Positions 41,181 to 55,085 of a stretch of DNA of 64,000 nt are shown here, one piece after another (the first letter of the stretch is position 1; every line of letters starts with the position of its first letter). Where the stretch lies: the NCBI GenBank assembly GCA_965644315.1, contig CBFFRQ010000212.1, forward strand, positions 62,001 to 126,000, given 5' to 3'. This stretch comes from Caecitellus pseudoparvulus (taxonomy: Eukaryota > Protista > Bigyra: Bicosoecida). The translations under genes and the position numbers were made by a program. The notes under the pieces were generated by a model that was given only the letters and a program-made list of their open reading frames with translations, ran no database searches and was not told the DNA's origin.

Positions 41181-41960
41181 TTAAACATTTATAAAAAAAT
41201 CATCTTTTGAAACATTATCAAACAAGCCTAAACGTTCCGCATTATCTGGATGATAAACAATTGATAAGAATTCATCTAATACATCTTTATATTTTATTTT
41301 GTGTTTTTCTTTATGTTCTTGAATTTGTTTATAATCATTTAATATTTTAGATGACCATTTAAAATGTGGAAATATTGATATTAAATCATAAAAGAAACAT
41401 TCTTTTTTTTCAATTAATGATATATCCCATTTTTTACGTGGATATTTATATAACCATTCTATATTAAAATTATCAGATTTTGTCATAAGTCCAAAAATCC
41501 ATTTTATATTTTGACATTCATTAACCCAGCTTATATCAAAATTATCATTATATAATAATTCGTTTTTGTCCCATTTAGCATCATAAAAATAATTTATTAT
41601 ATCACTATTTATAAAATTCAAACTTGAAAAATATTCAAAGTCCCATCCTTTATCAGGGTGTTTTTTAACAAATTCAAAATCCTCTTTATTTTTTATAAAT
41701 TGTGATAATGTGTAATAACACCAGTCTTTATCGGGATTTTTTTTTACAACTTCAAAACCCTCTTTAATTTTTTTATTTCTAATTCTTATTGATAATATTT
41801 TATAATCCCAGTCTTTATCGGGGTATTGTTTAACAAAATTAAAATCTAAATCTTCTTCTATTGCTGAAACCCATTCATAATCCCATTTCTCGTTATGTGG
41901 GTCTTTTTTAATGGCTTCCATCTTATAATCCTCATTAACATATATAAAATAACCAGTCAT
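41181..41960 (-). CDS. YPDKDW-repeat protein (paralog B)
   Basis: Highly similar to 22205..23038 over most of its length. Confidence 0.8.
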   Translation of the reverse strand: MTGYFIYVNEDYKMEAIKKDPHNEKWDYEWVSAIEEDLDFNFVKQYPDKDWDYKILSIRIRNKKIKEGFEVVKKNPDKDWCYYTLSQFIKNKEDFEFVKKHPDKGWDFEYFSSLNFINSDIINYFYDAKWDKNELLYNDNFDISWVNECQNIKWIFGLMTKSDNFNIEWLYKYPRKKWDISLIEKKECFFYDLISIFPHFKWSSKILNDYKQIQEHKEKHKIKYKDVLDEFLSIVYHPDNAERLGLFDNVSKDDFFINV

Positions 41961-41996
41961 ATAATATACTAAATAAAATATTTTTTCTTGAAACCC

Positions 41997-42580
41997 TTTT
42001 AAAATGTGAGAGAGTGTTTTTTATTATATATTCGCACACGCCCCACGCTATGTCTGATTTAGTGATTAAGTGATTTAGTGATTAAGTGTTAAGGGTTATA
42101 ATGGATTTAGTGTTAAATGATATATGAATAAGTGATTTACAATGTATCTTTTTATTTTGTCATTTCGCCTCCTTTGATTGTTTCTAAAATAGGGTGTTTG
42201 GATGGATGGTTGATTGCTTCAATTTTGTTTTGACTGATTGTCAGATAAGGGCTAAGAATAGTCTCAGAAAAAATATATATATATATATTTATTATATTTT
42301 TTATATTATTTCTATTTATTGTAGTGATAACCCTTAAGATAACACTTATAAAATAGTAGTAAAAAGTAAGTAAAAAATATATTAAAGGGTTTATAAGAGA
42401 TTGTTTTTATAGGGATAGTGTCTAATAAGTGTTATAGATATAATATAAATATATCTAAGAATAATATTTATAGATATAGTCTAAAAATATAGTATAAAAA
42501 TATATCTGTTTTTAGTCGCAAACTGCGGCAGCAGTTGAGACATATCGCTCATAAATTCATTTATGGATTTATTGTCCCCC
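41997..42580 (-). repeat. Right terminal inverted repeat (584 bp)
   Basis: Ends GGATTTATTGTCCCCC, followed by the TSD CTGTT. Confidence 0.95.
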
Positions 42581-45104
42581 CTGTTACTGCTGCTGCTGGT
42601 GCCACTGCAACGCACTCTGTCGCGATGGACAGTGGCACGGAAGGCCAGGTGGGGGGCACCAAGCGCCCACGTGACACACTCGGATGGTTTTCATGGCTTG
42701 CCTACGAATGAGCTGCCTTGGCCGACCCCGTGCACGTGCCCAGCAACTGGGGCGGCGAAGGGTTTCACTTCAAAGGACGCGTGAGTGGTATCAAACGCTG
42801 CCAAAAGAGCCGGTCAAGGTGCAGAATCTGACCGCCAAGGGGTTCCTATGTTACTACACCCCGCCGATGTTGCAGTAATACAAGCTCGAGCCTCTGAGGA
42901 CACAGGAGCACCCCATTGAAGGAACTGCGTCTCCGCGTTGAGTTTAGGTGCACACGGAAACTACATTATCCGTTGTAGCAACTGAACGAGCAGCAGCTGC
43001 GAAACTTGCTCCCTTGCCAAAGGAAAATGGGGCACCAGAAGTACGCAAGCGTCAGGCTTTGCTTCAGAAGGATCTGCTGCAATCGTTGAGGCGAGACTTC
43101 GTCGAGGCTTGTACGAGCCATGGGTTGTCCATTGACCACTTGACAGTACCCCCCTCTTCCTTTGCCCCCGAAGAACCCGCTTCTGCCGGGTCACAGGCGC
43201 CTTGGCAGCCTCCATATCCTCCATGAAGGTGGCCACATGGTCAATCACAACTTACGGGACCTGTCGACCGCTTGCATCGGCGCGCCGGTCCGAGAGTGCG
43301 GCCAACACAACCGCTTGCGACTCCTTAGGCTCTGGCACACTCGTGCCTGACTCCCTGGGGAGGCACAGGAACTTGAGGATGGCCCGTGGCCTTGGACACC
43401 ATTCCGTGAACCCTAGCTCTGACAAACTGCTTGATGTTGCCTGTAAGCAGCCATTTGAAGACTGGTTCGCGGAGGGAACCTCAAAACCTTGCGCTAGAGC
43501 CACATTCCTGTTTAGCGAGGTCAAGTGCACTGCACTTCCTTGGTTTCTTGGGCAACCTCCAGCTCCGCCCTCTTCCAAGTGCTGCGCCAATTGCAGATGG
43601 CAGACTTGGATGGCGTGGGCAGCCCATGTTGCCTCAACAGTTTTAAGCTGCGAGCGACAACGTCCCTCACCGAAAGGCCCACAGTGCTGTCCAAGCACTC
43701 CAACTTGATCTAAGCAGTTAAGTCAGAAGTCCCGTGGGCAGCACACTTGATGGTCTGGGGGGCTTGTAAGTGACTGTGCAGATTCCATTTCTGCGCGCAC
43801 TTGATCCAGAGCTCGTATGGTTGCTTTGGGGCGCTGCGCTTCGCCCGGGCTCGGCGCGTGCTATTCCTTTTCGATACTGCTTGTGCAAGGGCTGCTGTGT
43901 CATGGTCATGTATACAGGAAGGGAGTGCCTCTTGAACTACGACGAATGCCGCCTCATCCGGTTGGGCTGGCAGAGCAAAGATGATGGGCGCTTTGTACTC
44001 TTGCACTTGTGTGTACGAACGGGCCACAGCTGCAGGCACGTATCTGGGAAGCCGGTGTCCAAGGGTGGAAGTCCTTTGTGGTCCGTGTCCTTGAAAAGAC
44101 TCGGCTTGGATCCAGAAACTTCCATCTGTGAATGCTGTCTTGGCTCCTGCATCCACAGCCTTCTTGTAAGCAAGCCGAACTTGGAGCTGCCGTGCTCGGT
44201 TGTCAGCATGACATGCTCTTTGAATACGTGCAGTTTGACGTGAGATGCTACTTAGGGTGATCAACAGCACATGTCCAATGCAAGGGCCGCCAGCAGGCGA
44301 GTGTGCCACTGTGTGCAGCTCTCGTTCAACTCCTGCCTCTCCGAGCTCATTGCTGAGTGGGATCAAGAACCCCCAAATGCGGTCTGACCACTGAGCAGGG
44401 CCTTTCGAGGTACACTTCATGCCCATACTGATCACACAGTGTGCCGGCACGTGGGCGATGTTCTTGGGCGTGGTGGATCGAGTGCTGAGACGCTGGTTCA
44501 AATGCATTTCACTGGAATGAGTCGATGAGACATGAAAATCGGCACAAAGGCACGCCGTGGGGAGGGGTGAGAGATGATGGTTGCAAGCATGGGATCGGTG
44601 TCTGTCGTTCTACGTCAAATGCAATGGCGCCGTGAGTGCACCTTGAAGAAGAGCAGCTGAAAGGCAGCTCACCCACTGCGCAAAGTGTTTGAAGGGACGG
44701 CACAAATATTTGAGGATGTATTCAAGTTTATTCATTTTCCCTTGTGGTGGTGTCAGGAATCGAGCCCACCTGCAGCTCCCTCTGTGTGTGTATGACGAAG
44801 TTGTGCTCGAGGCCAAGTCCTCCTTTGACCGACCGACCCAAGCACCATCGCGTGATCAGGGTGAATGCAATTCAGAACTGAGCTTGCAAGCTGTAGCCAG
44901 TACAGTGTGTTACCCTGCTTGGCCAACCGGAGTCCACGCCGGCGCGGTTAAAGTTCGTACCACTGGTTGTAAAGCAATGATCGGTCTCTTCTTGCGACAG
45001 ATTGCAGATGTGTTTTGTGGTGTATCCTTGTTTGCTGCGGCTCGTGCGTTCGGGAGTGAGTCAGCACACTGCAAACCCGATCCGCAAACTGGTGCATACT
45101 CGCC

Positions 45105-46652
45105 TTGGCGAATCGGCCATCAACCCATTCCGCGGATCGAACGCGCTTATTCTCCCACATAGTCCGGACGTTTGCTGCAGCAACGACAGTCTCCACGAGG
45201 TACACGATTTGGCTCTCCCTGCGAACTGTATACCTCATGGTTTCAAATCGTGTACTGATTCTGTGGCTGAAGCTCTTGATGTGGTGTATGGCATTCTCAA
45301 CACCTGTCCAGAGCTACGTAGTCATCCCACTTCGCATCTCACGAACAAATGTGATATCAGCAGCTGCGTCAAGCTGTTCCACTGAAAGGGGGCTAGCACT
45401 CGCTTCACGGCTTCGCAGACAAGCTACCGCTGGGCTGTCAGAGACTCGCAAGGAAGTGCTAGATGAAGTTCGCGCCGCAATGGCGAACGCGCCACCAGTC
45501 AGCACGCCCAGCACGAGCACGCGGAGGGCAAGCGCCGGCGCGCTAGCGCGCCGGAAACTGCGCCTGAGGCCACCCCCCAGCCGCATTCGCTGGAGGAGGC
45601 GCGCTAGCATGGTTCATGGCTACAAGGAAGCAGCATCCGCAGTCCGGCACCGAACACTCGACTCCCTATTTTCGTGGGGTGCGACATCGTGCAAAGTGCT
45701 GGCCTACAAGCCTGATGTGCGGTCCTTCCAGTTCACGGACGAAGAGGATCGGGGGAACTCTTTCAGCTTTGCATTTGATGCGGGCTCTGGGAATCCTGTC
45801 GTCGACCTTGGAACATTCTCCAACCCTCTCGCCGAGAGCCTCCTGTTTCTGGAAGACCAGCAGCCGGGCGAAGGAGGAGCGCACACCGCTGCCGGTGCTG
45901 GTGCGGCCTGCTCTGCCCAGCACGCCACGCAAGCAACAGTTGCGTGCATGGCCCTTCCAGAAAATATTCGAGTGCTGGTTGGAGGCTCCGAAGACTTCAA
46001 GGGCAAGCTCACTCAGCTTGTGGCCCGTTTCGAGGGCGAGCCGCGCGTTCTGCTGCGCTTGGTTGGCACCCTCAAGAGCTGCGAGCACCTGGATCCAGAA
46101 AAGGCTTCAAAGGTGGCCAGTGAACTTGTCGCTGACATCATCAAGGAACGAAGCAAGTCCTTGAAGCAACACTTGGTCGAGTGGCTGGGTTCGCGGGCAG
46201 GAGGAGACGCCAAGCTGCCACTCAAGAACCTGCTGCGGCTGGTGGCGGACGCCACTGCGCCAAGCCCGCAGTATCCATACTTGCGCCGATGCACTGAGAG
46301 CCCGTTTCGTGCATCTGATCTTGCATTCAGAATCGCAACTCATGCGATGCTCTCCTTGTCCGGAGAGGTTTCGTGTGGGGCGTCCCAGGACCACCTCGAC
46401 AACCTGATGCTTCTCAGCGCTGTGTTCGTGAGGCCCCCATGGTGCTCATGCGCGCTGGCATGGCGCAGCACAGGCCAGCAAGAGCTGGCTGACGCCGTGC
46501 CCCTTGCCATTGCCGAGACCAAGGCAGCGCTGACGTCTTGCAAGCGGCACTCGGCGACCTTCCACGCTCACGCGCAGCACAACGTAGCGTTCGCTGATCC
46601 TGCCGTGAAAGCACGGGCAGAGGCCGACCTTGCCACGATCCGGTGGAAGTAG
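45105..46652 (+). CDS. Long GC-rich ORF of unknown function, possibly transposon-derived
   Basis: 515-aa open frame with no recognised motif; start uncertain. Confidence 0.3.
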   Translation: MANRPSTHSADRTRLFSHIVRTFAAATTVSTRYTIWLSLRTVYLMVSNRVLILWLKLLMWCMAFSTPVQSYVVIPLRISRTNVISAAASSCSTERGLALASRLRRQATAGLSETRKEVLDEVRAAMANAPPVSTPSTSTRRASAGALARRKLRLRPPPSRIRWRRRASMVHGYKEAASAVRHRTLDSLFSWGATSCKVLAYKPDVRSFQFTDEEDRGNSFSFAFDAGSGNPVVDLGTFSNPLAESLLFLEDQQPGEGGAHTAAGAGAACSAQHATQATVACMALPENIRVLVGGSEDFKGKLTQLVARFEGEPRVLLRLVGTLKSCEHLDPEKASKVASELVADIIKERSKSLKQHLVEWLGSRAGGDAKLPLKNLLRLVADATAPSPQYPYLRRCTESPFRASDLAFRIATHAMLSLSGEVSCGASQDHLDNLMLLSAVFVRPPWCSCALAWRSTGQQELADAVPLAIAETKAALTSCKRHSATFHAHAQHNVAFADPAVKARAEADLATIRWK

Positions 46653-46723
46653 GTCGAGGACATCTGTGCCATTGAGCGCCATGCGAAGCTGTTTATGAGG
46701 GCAATAGCTGGAACGCCGGTCCT

Positions 46724-47413
46724 GTGGACAGGCTGCATGTGCTCGGCGCAGGGGTGGTGGGGGACCGGACATGGGGCGCACTGGAGCAGGCCATGTCGGT
46801 GCCGGGCACTCGGATGCAGGATGCTCGGCACTCAACCTTCATGCACCGTGTGCAACAGCCACGCCTACATTGCTTCGATGGCGTGCAGGTTGTCGGCGCG
46901 GGGAGAGACACGGTGGTCGAGCTGTCGGCCAGCAACGCCGTCATGGCAGAGGACAAGATAGGCCTCACTCGTTGGCAGACTCTGATGGTGGGTACGGACA
47001 ATGCCGTGGTGGAGCCACCCAAGCTTCGGCAGCTGCTGAATGCGCTGCAGGGGGCCGTGGGCGTGTTGCTGCGCTTCACGCATGGGAGAGCAGTGCCTTG
47101 GCCTCGCGACGCGTGCTGCCTGGCCCAGTGGATGGCTCGAGTGGCCACCCTGTTCCAGTTCTTCAGCAATGAGCTCAGAAGACTGGGCCGGGTGGCCCAG
47201 CCACTTGCCTTCACCAAGCTACATATCGCGCAACAGTTGGTGCTCGACATGCATTGGTTCGGTAGCCTGGAGGCGGTCGATACCGACAACGGCGAGACGC
47301 TGCACACGCGGATCAACCGCGTCCTCCGCAAGATTCACCGTGGAAGGCAGGACGTCCTCTCCATGCTGGCGGAAAGGGTCTGCCTCATGCAGGCCATGAG
47401 CTGCGTGCGGTGA
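46724..47413 (+). pseudogene. Plavaka/CMC-type transposase C-terminal fragment
   Basis: KLH......M.WFGSL...DTD.GE.LH resembles the KxH...FG...T...E..H block of CMC/Plavaka transposases. Confidence 0.45.
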
Positions 47414-47468
47414 TGATTACCTCCAGCTCCTGGAGACTTTGCGCCAAGGTGGGGAGCTCAAGGCTGCG

Positions 47469-48068
47469 CTAAGGGGCTGCTGGCGCCGATGCTCTGATAG
47501 CTTCAGCGGCTTCAGCCCCTTGCTTGTGCTCTTCAAGCACCCGAGCCACTGCTGCTGAGTATGTCGCTGGGTCGAGGGCAGCTGCCTGGATGCCATGCAG
47601 CTGCTCTCCTAGCCCAGCGGCCAAGTCGTAGCCAATGCCCGACATACCGTTGGCATTTTGCATGGACGCGAGGTGCTCAGCGGCATTGGGAATGGCTTGG
47701 ACGAGATGAACCCAAGCCTTTGTCAGTTTGAAGTTGGTGTCAGCGATGGCCCCCACCCCCACGGCGAAGACAACTACATCTGAATACGGTACCAAACCGT
47801 ACGACGATGGTCGTGTGCCAGGGGTGGGGGGCAGCTTGGTGGGAGTAAGCGTCAGGGAGAGCTGGTCGCCGGCCTCGACGTGTCCGGTGAAGAGGTGCTC
47901 GGCCAGCACAACCTTGCCTGGGCGTGCGCCGACAGAGCGGGCAAGCTTGGTGCGGTAGGCCCTAGACAGGACAATGTCAACAATGTCTCGCTGGGGCGAC
48001 TCTTGGTACACTTCAAATGGGACAGGTGGGGGGGCCTGTCTCTCCCCGTCGATCTCAAGCTCAAGCAT
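47469..48068 (-). CDS. Hypothetical protein
   Basis: 199-aa ORF with protein-like composition. Confidence 0.3.
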   Translation of the reverse strand: MLELEIDGERQAPPPVPFEVYQESPQRDIVDIVLSRAYRTKLARSVGARPGKVVLAEHLFTGHVEAGDQLSLTLTPTKLPPTPGTRPSSYGLVPYSDVVVFAVGVGAIADTNFKLTKAWVHLVQAIPNAAEHLASMQNANGMSGIGYDLAAGLGEQLHGIQAAALDPATYSAAVARVLEEHKQGAEAAEAIRASAPAAP

Positions 48069-49349
48069 TGCCGTCGCCTTCAGGCCTTCAACGGCAAGGT
48101 CCAGGGGGCTGACGCACTCTGCGGTTCAGCAGAGTGGGCGGCTCACCGGTATGCCAGGGCTTTATGGGCCACCAAGTGAATGCTGACCAACGGGACCACG
48201 ATGGAGTGGTCCAGACAGATTCAAAAGCTTGAATGGGCCTCGGCAAGAGCCAACGCAAGCCCCCAGGCACAAGAGGGGGGTGGGATACATGAATCTATGC
48301 ACCCCAGTCTCCCAGCACGACGGGGGCGGCTCCCAAACGAACAGAGGCTGAGACGACAGCCCAGTTCGGCGGCAAGAGGCCCGGGGGAAGCCCCCCTTTG
48401 TGTTCTCCGCCAAAACACAGTGAGAATATTCTTGCGTAGAGGACTACAATACATTCAATAGTCCTCTATACAAGATTACCCTCACAATGTCTTGGCGGAC
48501 ACCAAACATGCTGCAGCGGAGCGCTGCAGCGCAGAGCCTGCAAAGCAGCTGCTTCCACAGACTCTGGAGATAGGTTCCCGTGCAAACCTGGTGCAGCTGC
48601 GCCCTCCTCGGGGCTCTGGACACGGCAAGAGACAGGTGGTGGAGAGCAGAAGACCGGCTCCGGGGCTGGCAGCCGAAGCCCTGGAAAGAACAGGAAAACT
48701 GCTTCTCGCCCACCTTCATCATGTTCTTGTGGGACCAACCCGTATGTTATGGCCACGGCTTCTTGCTCTGTGGCACGGGTAGGCGAAGGTTTGTCCTGCC
48801 GTTTTGAGTGAAACGCCGCGTGCACCACACTGCTCACGCACACGCACCCTCTGCTGCCGTGGTGGCACGGCACGCCTAACAATGATAAGTCCCAAACTTG
48901 TTCGTTTCATAGGAGCGCCAGAGGCGCTTGTCAGAGGGGCAGTGGTCGTGAAAGCCACTCACGAAGGGTGAGCTGTGGCAGACTTGCTGCGCAGCACGGC
49001 ATGCACTGCATCGGTGCGGCTGACGCTGCCAAGACGCGCAGCTGCCCTGCACCTTTTCACTTTGATACAGTGCCATGACAGCACTCGAGGGCACATAGCG
49101 GCGTCCAGCTTTGGGCGGCGCGGAGTCGTACTTCGGCGCGTGGAGGCGTCCGCTGGTGCTGGCGCTGGCGCTGGCGCTGGTGTAGGTGGATGGCACATTC
49201 AAAACTATGCCACGTTCAATGAGATCAGGGCAAAAGTGCCGGGTGAAGAAAAGTAATTTAATTTGAAAATATGATTCTAATTGCAACTTCATCGCGCGGC
49301 TCGATGCCTTCCGGTTGGGAAGAAGTCTCGACACATTGCCCGCACATGA

Positions 49350-51257
<1,908 letters not shown>

Positions 51258-51307
51258 AAAACACACACTCACAAAAACACCTCTCTTGCAATACATGCCT
51301 GCCGCCT

Positions 51308-54300
51308 TCACCTGCGCCTGCGCTTGATGGCTTCCTGCACGCTGTGCACGAGAGCGGACAAGCGGTCGACAACAAAGGCCAGGCGGCGGGGGGCGCCGTC
51401 ATCCCCCACGCTGTGCACCACCACCATGCCGGGGATGGTGTGTTTGAGCGTGAGGCGCTTGAGGCTGCTCAGGCTCCAGCGTTCCTCGGCGTCCATGCGC
51501 TGCAAGTCCACGGCCAGCATGAAGGGAGCCTGGGGCGACGTGGTGCCTGCTGGGCTGTCCCCATCCACGTCCACTGCCACCCGCCCCGTCAGACTGCCCG
51601 ACATGCCGGGCGGGTCTGTGGTGGGCGCGTGTGTGTCGTGCAGGGCGTCGGCACAGTGCAGGGGGCATAGGCGTGGGCGCAGCACCAGCAGGTGAGACTT
51701 GGTCAGCACCAGGAAGCGCCGGTAGGGGAGGAGGGAGGGGGACATCAGGTGCCGCCCCTCGTGCCCGCCTGCCCGCTGCAGCGCCGTGTACACCTCGTCG
51801 CTGGCGACCAGCGTCGCGCCGAACACGGGGCGGGAGGCGTCCTTCAAGGAGAGGCAGAGGAAGGCGCCACAGCCCAGGGGCAGGGAGTGTGCCGCGTCCA
51901 TGTCGCCGCCCCCTTCTGGCGCAGCGTGCGGGTCCAGGTGTGAAGCATCCCCTGCTGTCCAGGTCGCTCCCAGCTGCTGCAGGGGCAGGCAGCCGACTTT
52001 GGGCGTGGCCAGCTGCTGCAGCACGCGGGCGTGCAGCAGTTCGGTCAGGTCTCCCCGCGGCAGGCGCCCTTGCAAGGTGGACAGGGGAGACGTGTCGCTC
52101 GCTCTGCCTCGGACTGGGGGCGGCGTCCCCCCTGTGCCTCGCTTGGTACTCCACTGGCGCAGGCGGCTGAACAGTCCACGCTTGGTCGGCTTGTCCTCGG
52201 CAGGGGGCGGCGGTGGTGTTGCAGGAGGTGGACTGGCTGCCTCCGGGCTCAGCCACGTGTACAAGTCGGCATAGGCCAGCAGGAAGGGCGACACGCTGGC
52301 GCCCTCCCCCGCCAGACTGTCGCACTGGGCCTCGAAGAAGGCGTCATCCGGCACGTGCACTGACAGGTCTGGGCTGGGAGCACGCCCTCCTTGGGCAGAG
52401 GAGGTGCTGGGAGTCGAGGCTGAGCCCCCGCCCTGGGCTCCCGCAAAGCTGCCTCGCCGCTGCCGCCCCTGCTCTGTGGGGCTCAGCAACTCATGGGAGG
52501 TGCTGGCTCGGCCACGGGTGCCCGTGCTGGCGCCACGTACAGGGCCACTGGACGAGGCGGACCGTGGGCGAGAGGGCGAGGGGACTCCGCCCCCCAGCTG
52601 CCGGGAGCGGTGCAGAGCGCTGAGGGCGGAGGGGGTGTGGACAGTGTTGGGGTTGGGCGGCACTGGCGCCGAAGCTTCGCGCAGTGCTGGGTGTGTGGGG
52701 GCGCTGGCGGGGGAGCCGCCCGTTGTGGTGGCGGCTGCGCTGGCGCCATCAAAAGCCCGTGTGTCAGGGCTGGTGTCCCCCGGCAGGGAGCCCTCGGTCC
52801 CGCCACGAGAGCGAGGCGTGGAGGTGGGAGCCTGGGATGTGGTGGAGCAGGCGTGCTCGCCGCCGCCGCTGGCAGCGGCAAAGGCAGCCGCGTCCGAGGA
52901 GGGCGTCGGTGTCACAACTTCAGGTCGTGTAAACAGACTGGACACGAGGCGCTGCGCCAGGGATGTGGAGGTGGGTCCGCCCCCCGCCTCGCCAGCCGTC
53001 TCCTCCGCCGCCTCCTCCACAGGCAGCTCAGACTCCACGAGCAAGTCGGCCGTGGCGGCGTCCCCCTGTCGCTGGCGCAGGGCTGCATACCCTCCCTGCA
53101 CTTCACTCACGTACTTGAAGCCCCGCTGCAGCAGGAACAACACCACCAGCCGTGTGACGTCCTCAGCCGAGTAGTCGTCGCCCTCCTGCCCGCTCACCAG
53201 GGCAGACGCGTGGGCCACAGCACCACCCCCCCCCGCATCCTCCGCTTTCCGGCGCCTGCGCCATGACTTGGGCAGGTGCAGCATGCCCAGCCGCCTGGCT
53301 CCTGAGCCGCCGCCCTCACTTGCGGCCCCACGCTCCTGCCGCCCATCCTGCAAGTCGGAGATGTCCCCCGGCACCAAGAGTGCAGTGGGGTCCAGGGGGG
53401 GCGCCGGCGCAGACCCCGTGTAGTACGCCTTGGACGTGTCCCCCTCCCCCATGACGGCCAGGTGCTGCCCCTGCAGCGCCCCCAGCATGGCCGTCAGGGG
53501 GTCCAGCGCAGATGGGTCCAGCAGGGCCCGGGGGTCCAGGTGCAGGGCTGTGGGCAAGTGGCCCGCCGCCCACTCCCCAGCCGGGCGACAGTCCACGACG
53601 AAGTACTTGGGCGCGACAGGCACTGTCACGCCAGCTGCTGCGGTGGGCGGAGCCGCATCCCCCATGCCTGGCTGACTGGCCAGCAGCTCCCCAACGCTGA
53701 CCTTGGCACACACGCGCTCCTCCAGCCGGGCAAGGAGGGGGCCGGACACGGGTCGGCCGGGGGCGTAGCACACGACGAAGAGCAGGTCGCGCAGCGACAC
53801 GGGCGAGGCGAGGTACAGCTGCCCCGCCAGCAGGCACACTTCCCGGATGTGCTGTGCGTCTCGGAACTGCAGGCGGGAGATGCCGCCCAGCAGGTTTGAG
53901 TAGGCGTCCCCCCCCGCGCCCTGGGCCCACTTCTCGATGGCGTCGGCGTGGCTCATGAGGAACGCCACAGCGACAAAGTGCAGGATCTCAGGGCCAAGCG
54001 GCGCCTGCACCTGGGCCTCTGCGCCGCCCCCGTCGGACCACGTGACCACTTCGGGGGGCGGGACGCAGGGGGGCCGTGTCCGGTGCCCGCTCGCGTCCCG
54101 GCCCGAGCCATGCCACAGCAGGAAGTCCCACAGCACCAGCAGCGGCGCTGGCTCCAGCATGCGTGCGAACATGGTGATGATCCACGGCGTCGCGTACAGC
54201 TCGGGGGGGATGTCATGCGTGTCCAGCAGCGTGCACATCCACGGGCAGTGGTACTGCAGCGTCAGCCGGAACAGCCGGAAGGAGCACTGCAACGACACGA

Positions 54301-55085
54301 AGTCGTCATCCTCCGCGTACATCGTGGGCAGGAACTGTGGGGGGGGGGGGGGGCACAGCGCAGTGCGTGGACAAGCTCGGCAGAGGGCGTCGCGGGCTCG
54401 GCACGCACCTTGGCCACAGTGCGCTCCAGCATCTGGTACACGACGGCGTCAGGGGCCACGCGCTCCACTGCCTCTGCGTCCACGGTGCCTGTGCCGGCGG
54501 ACTCCACGTCCTCGGCGCCGCCCTCCCACCCTGCTCGGTCTGCCAGCCCAGCCGCGGCGGCGAGCACAAAGGGCGGCAGCAGCTCGTTCAGGCCCTGCTT
54601 GTACACGACGGAGCGGTTCTTGACGTAGTAAGTCATGACACGGCGAATGCGGGCCCTCATTTCGTCCGTCTTGAACAGGGGGTGCCCTGCTCGTGTCTGC
54701 AGCAGGCAGGTGCGCCTGGGTGTCGAAGAAGCAAGGTGGGAGCAGGCCAGCGCTGCCCACGCACCCGTTCGGCATCCACACGAATGACACGCTGATTCGG
54801 CAGGTCCTGCTTGGTGGCAGCGATGCGCTGGTTCATCAAGTCATGGCTCGTGGAGTCCACGCTGCAGGGGGGGGCGGCCAGCGCGAGGGATGTGAAGTGG
54901 GAGCGTGCAGGCACAAAATCCGCACCGCCGCACCCGAGCAGCTGCTTCCACAAGGCCAGCCGCCTGCTGGGCTTCACCGCTGGCCAGAGGACGGTGTCCA
55001 CATACTCCATTGTGCGCAGTGAGGCTGGGCTGTGACCAAGCCTCAACGCATGCCCACGAGGCACAGGCGAGGACGGTGCAGACAA
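51308..55085 (-). CDS. TBC1D23: TBC-domain + rhodanese + PH-like protein (TBC1D23-like), multi-exon; 5' boundary approximate
   Basis: VIRVDAER, YKQGLNELL.PF, LYATPW..TMF, VVDCRP...GHLP.A.HLD, C-terminal RFLVLT. Confidence 0.8.

Larger units (their letters stand above)
19415..42580 (+). mobile_element. Complete endogenous virophage (provirophage), 23,166 bp
   Basis: 584-bp TIRs; CTGTT TSD at 19410-19414 and 42581-42585; four virophage core genes (ATPase, protease, penton, MCP) plus pPolB and rve integrase; sharp GC breaks at both ends. Confidence 0.96.

Noticed and set aside
1-42580. Bacterial or phage contamination, or a chimeric contig
   Set aside because: Exact TIR+TSD junctions with colinear flanks and eukaryotic-virus hallmark genes support genuine integration, at least for the virophage.
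42712-45100. Coding genes in the intermediate-GC region
   Set aside because: Short overlapping ORFs without recognisable motifs; probably degenerate repeat DNA.
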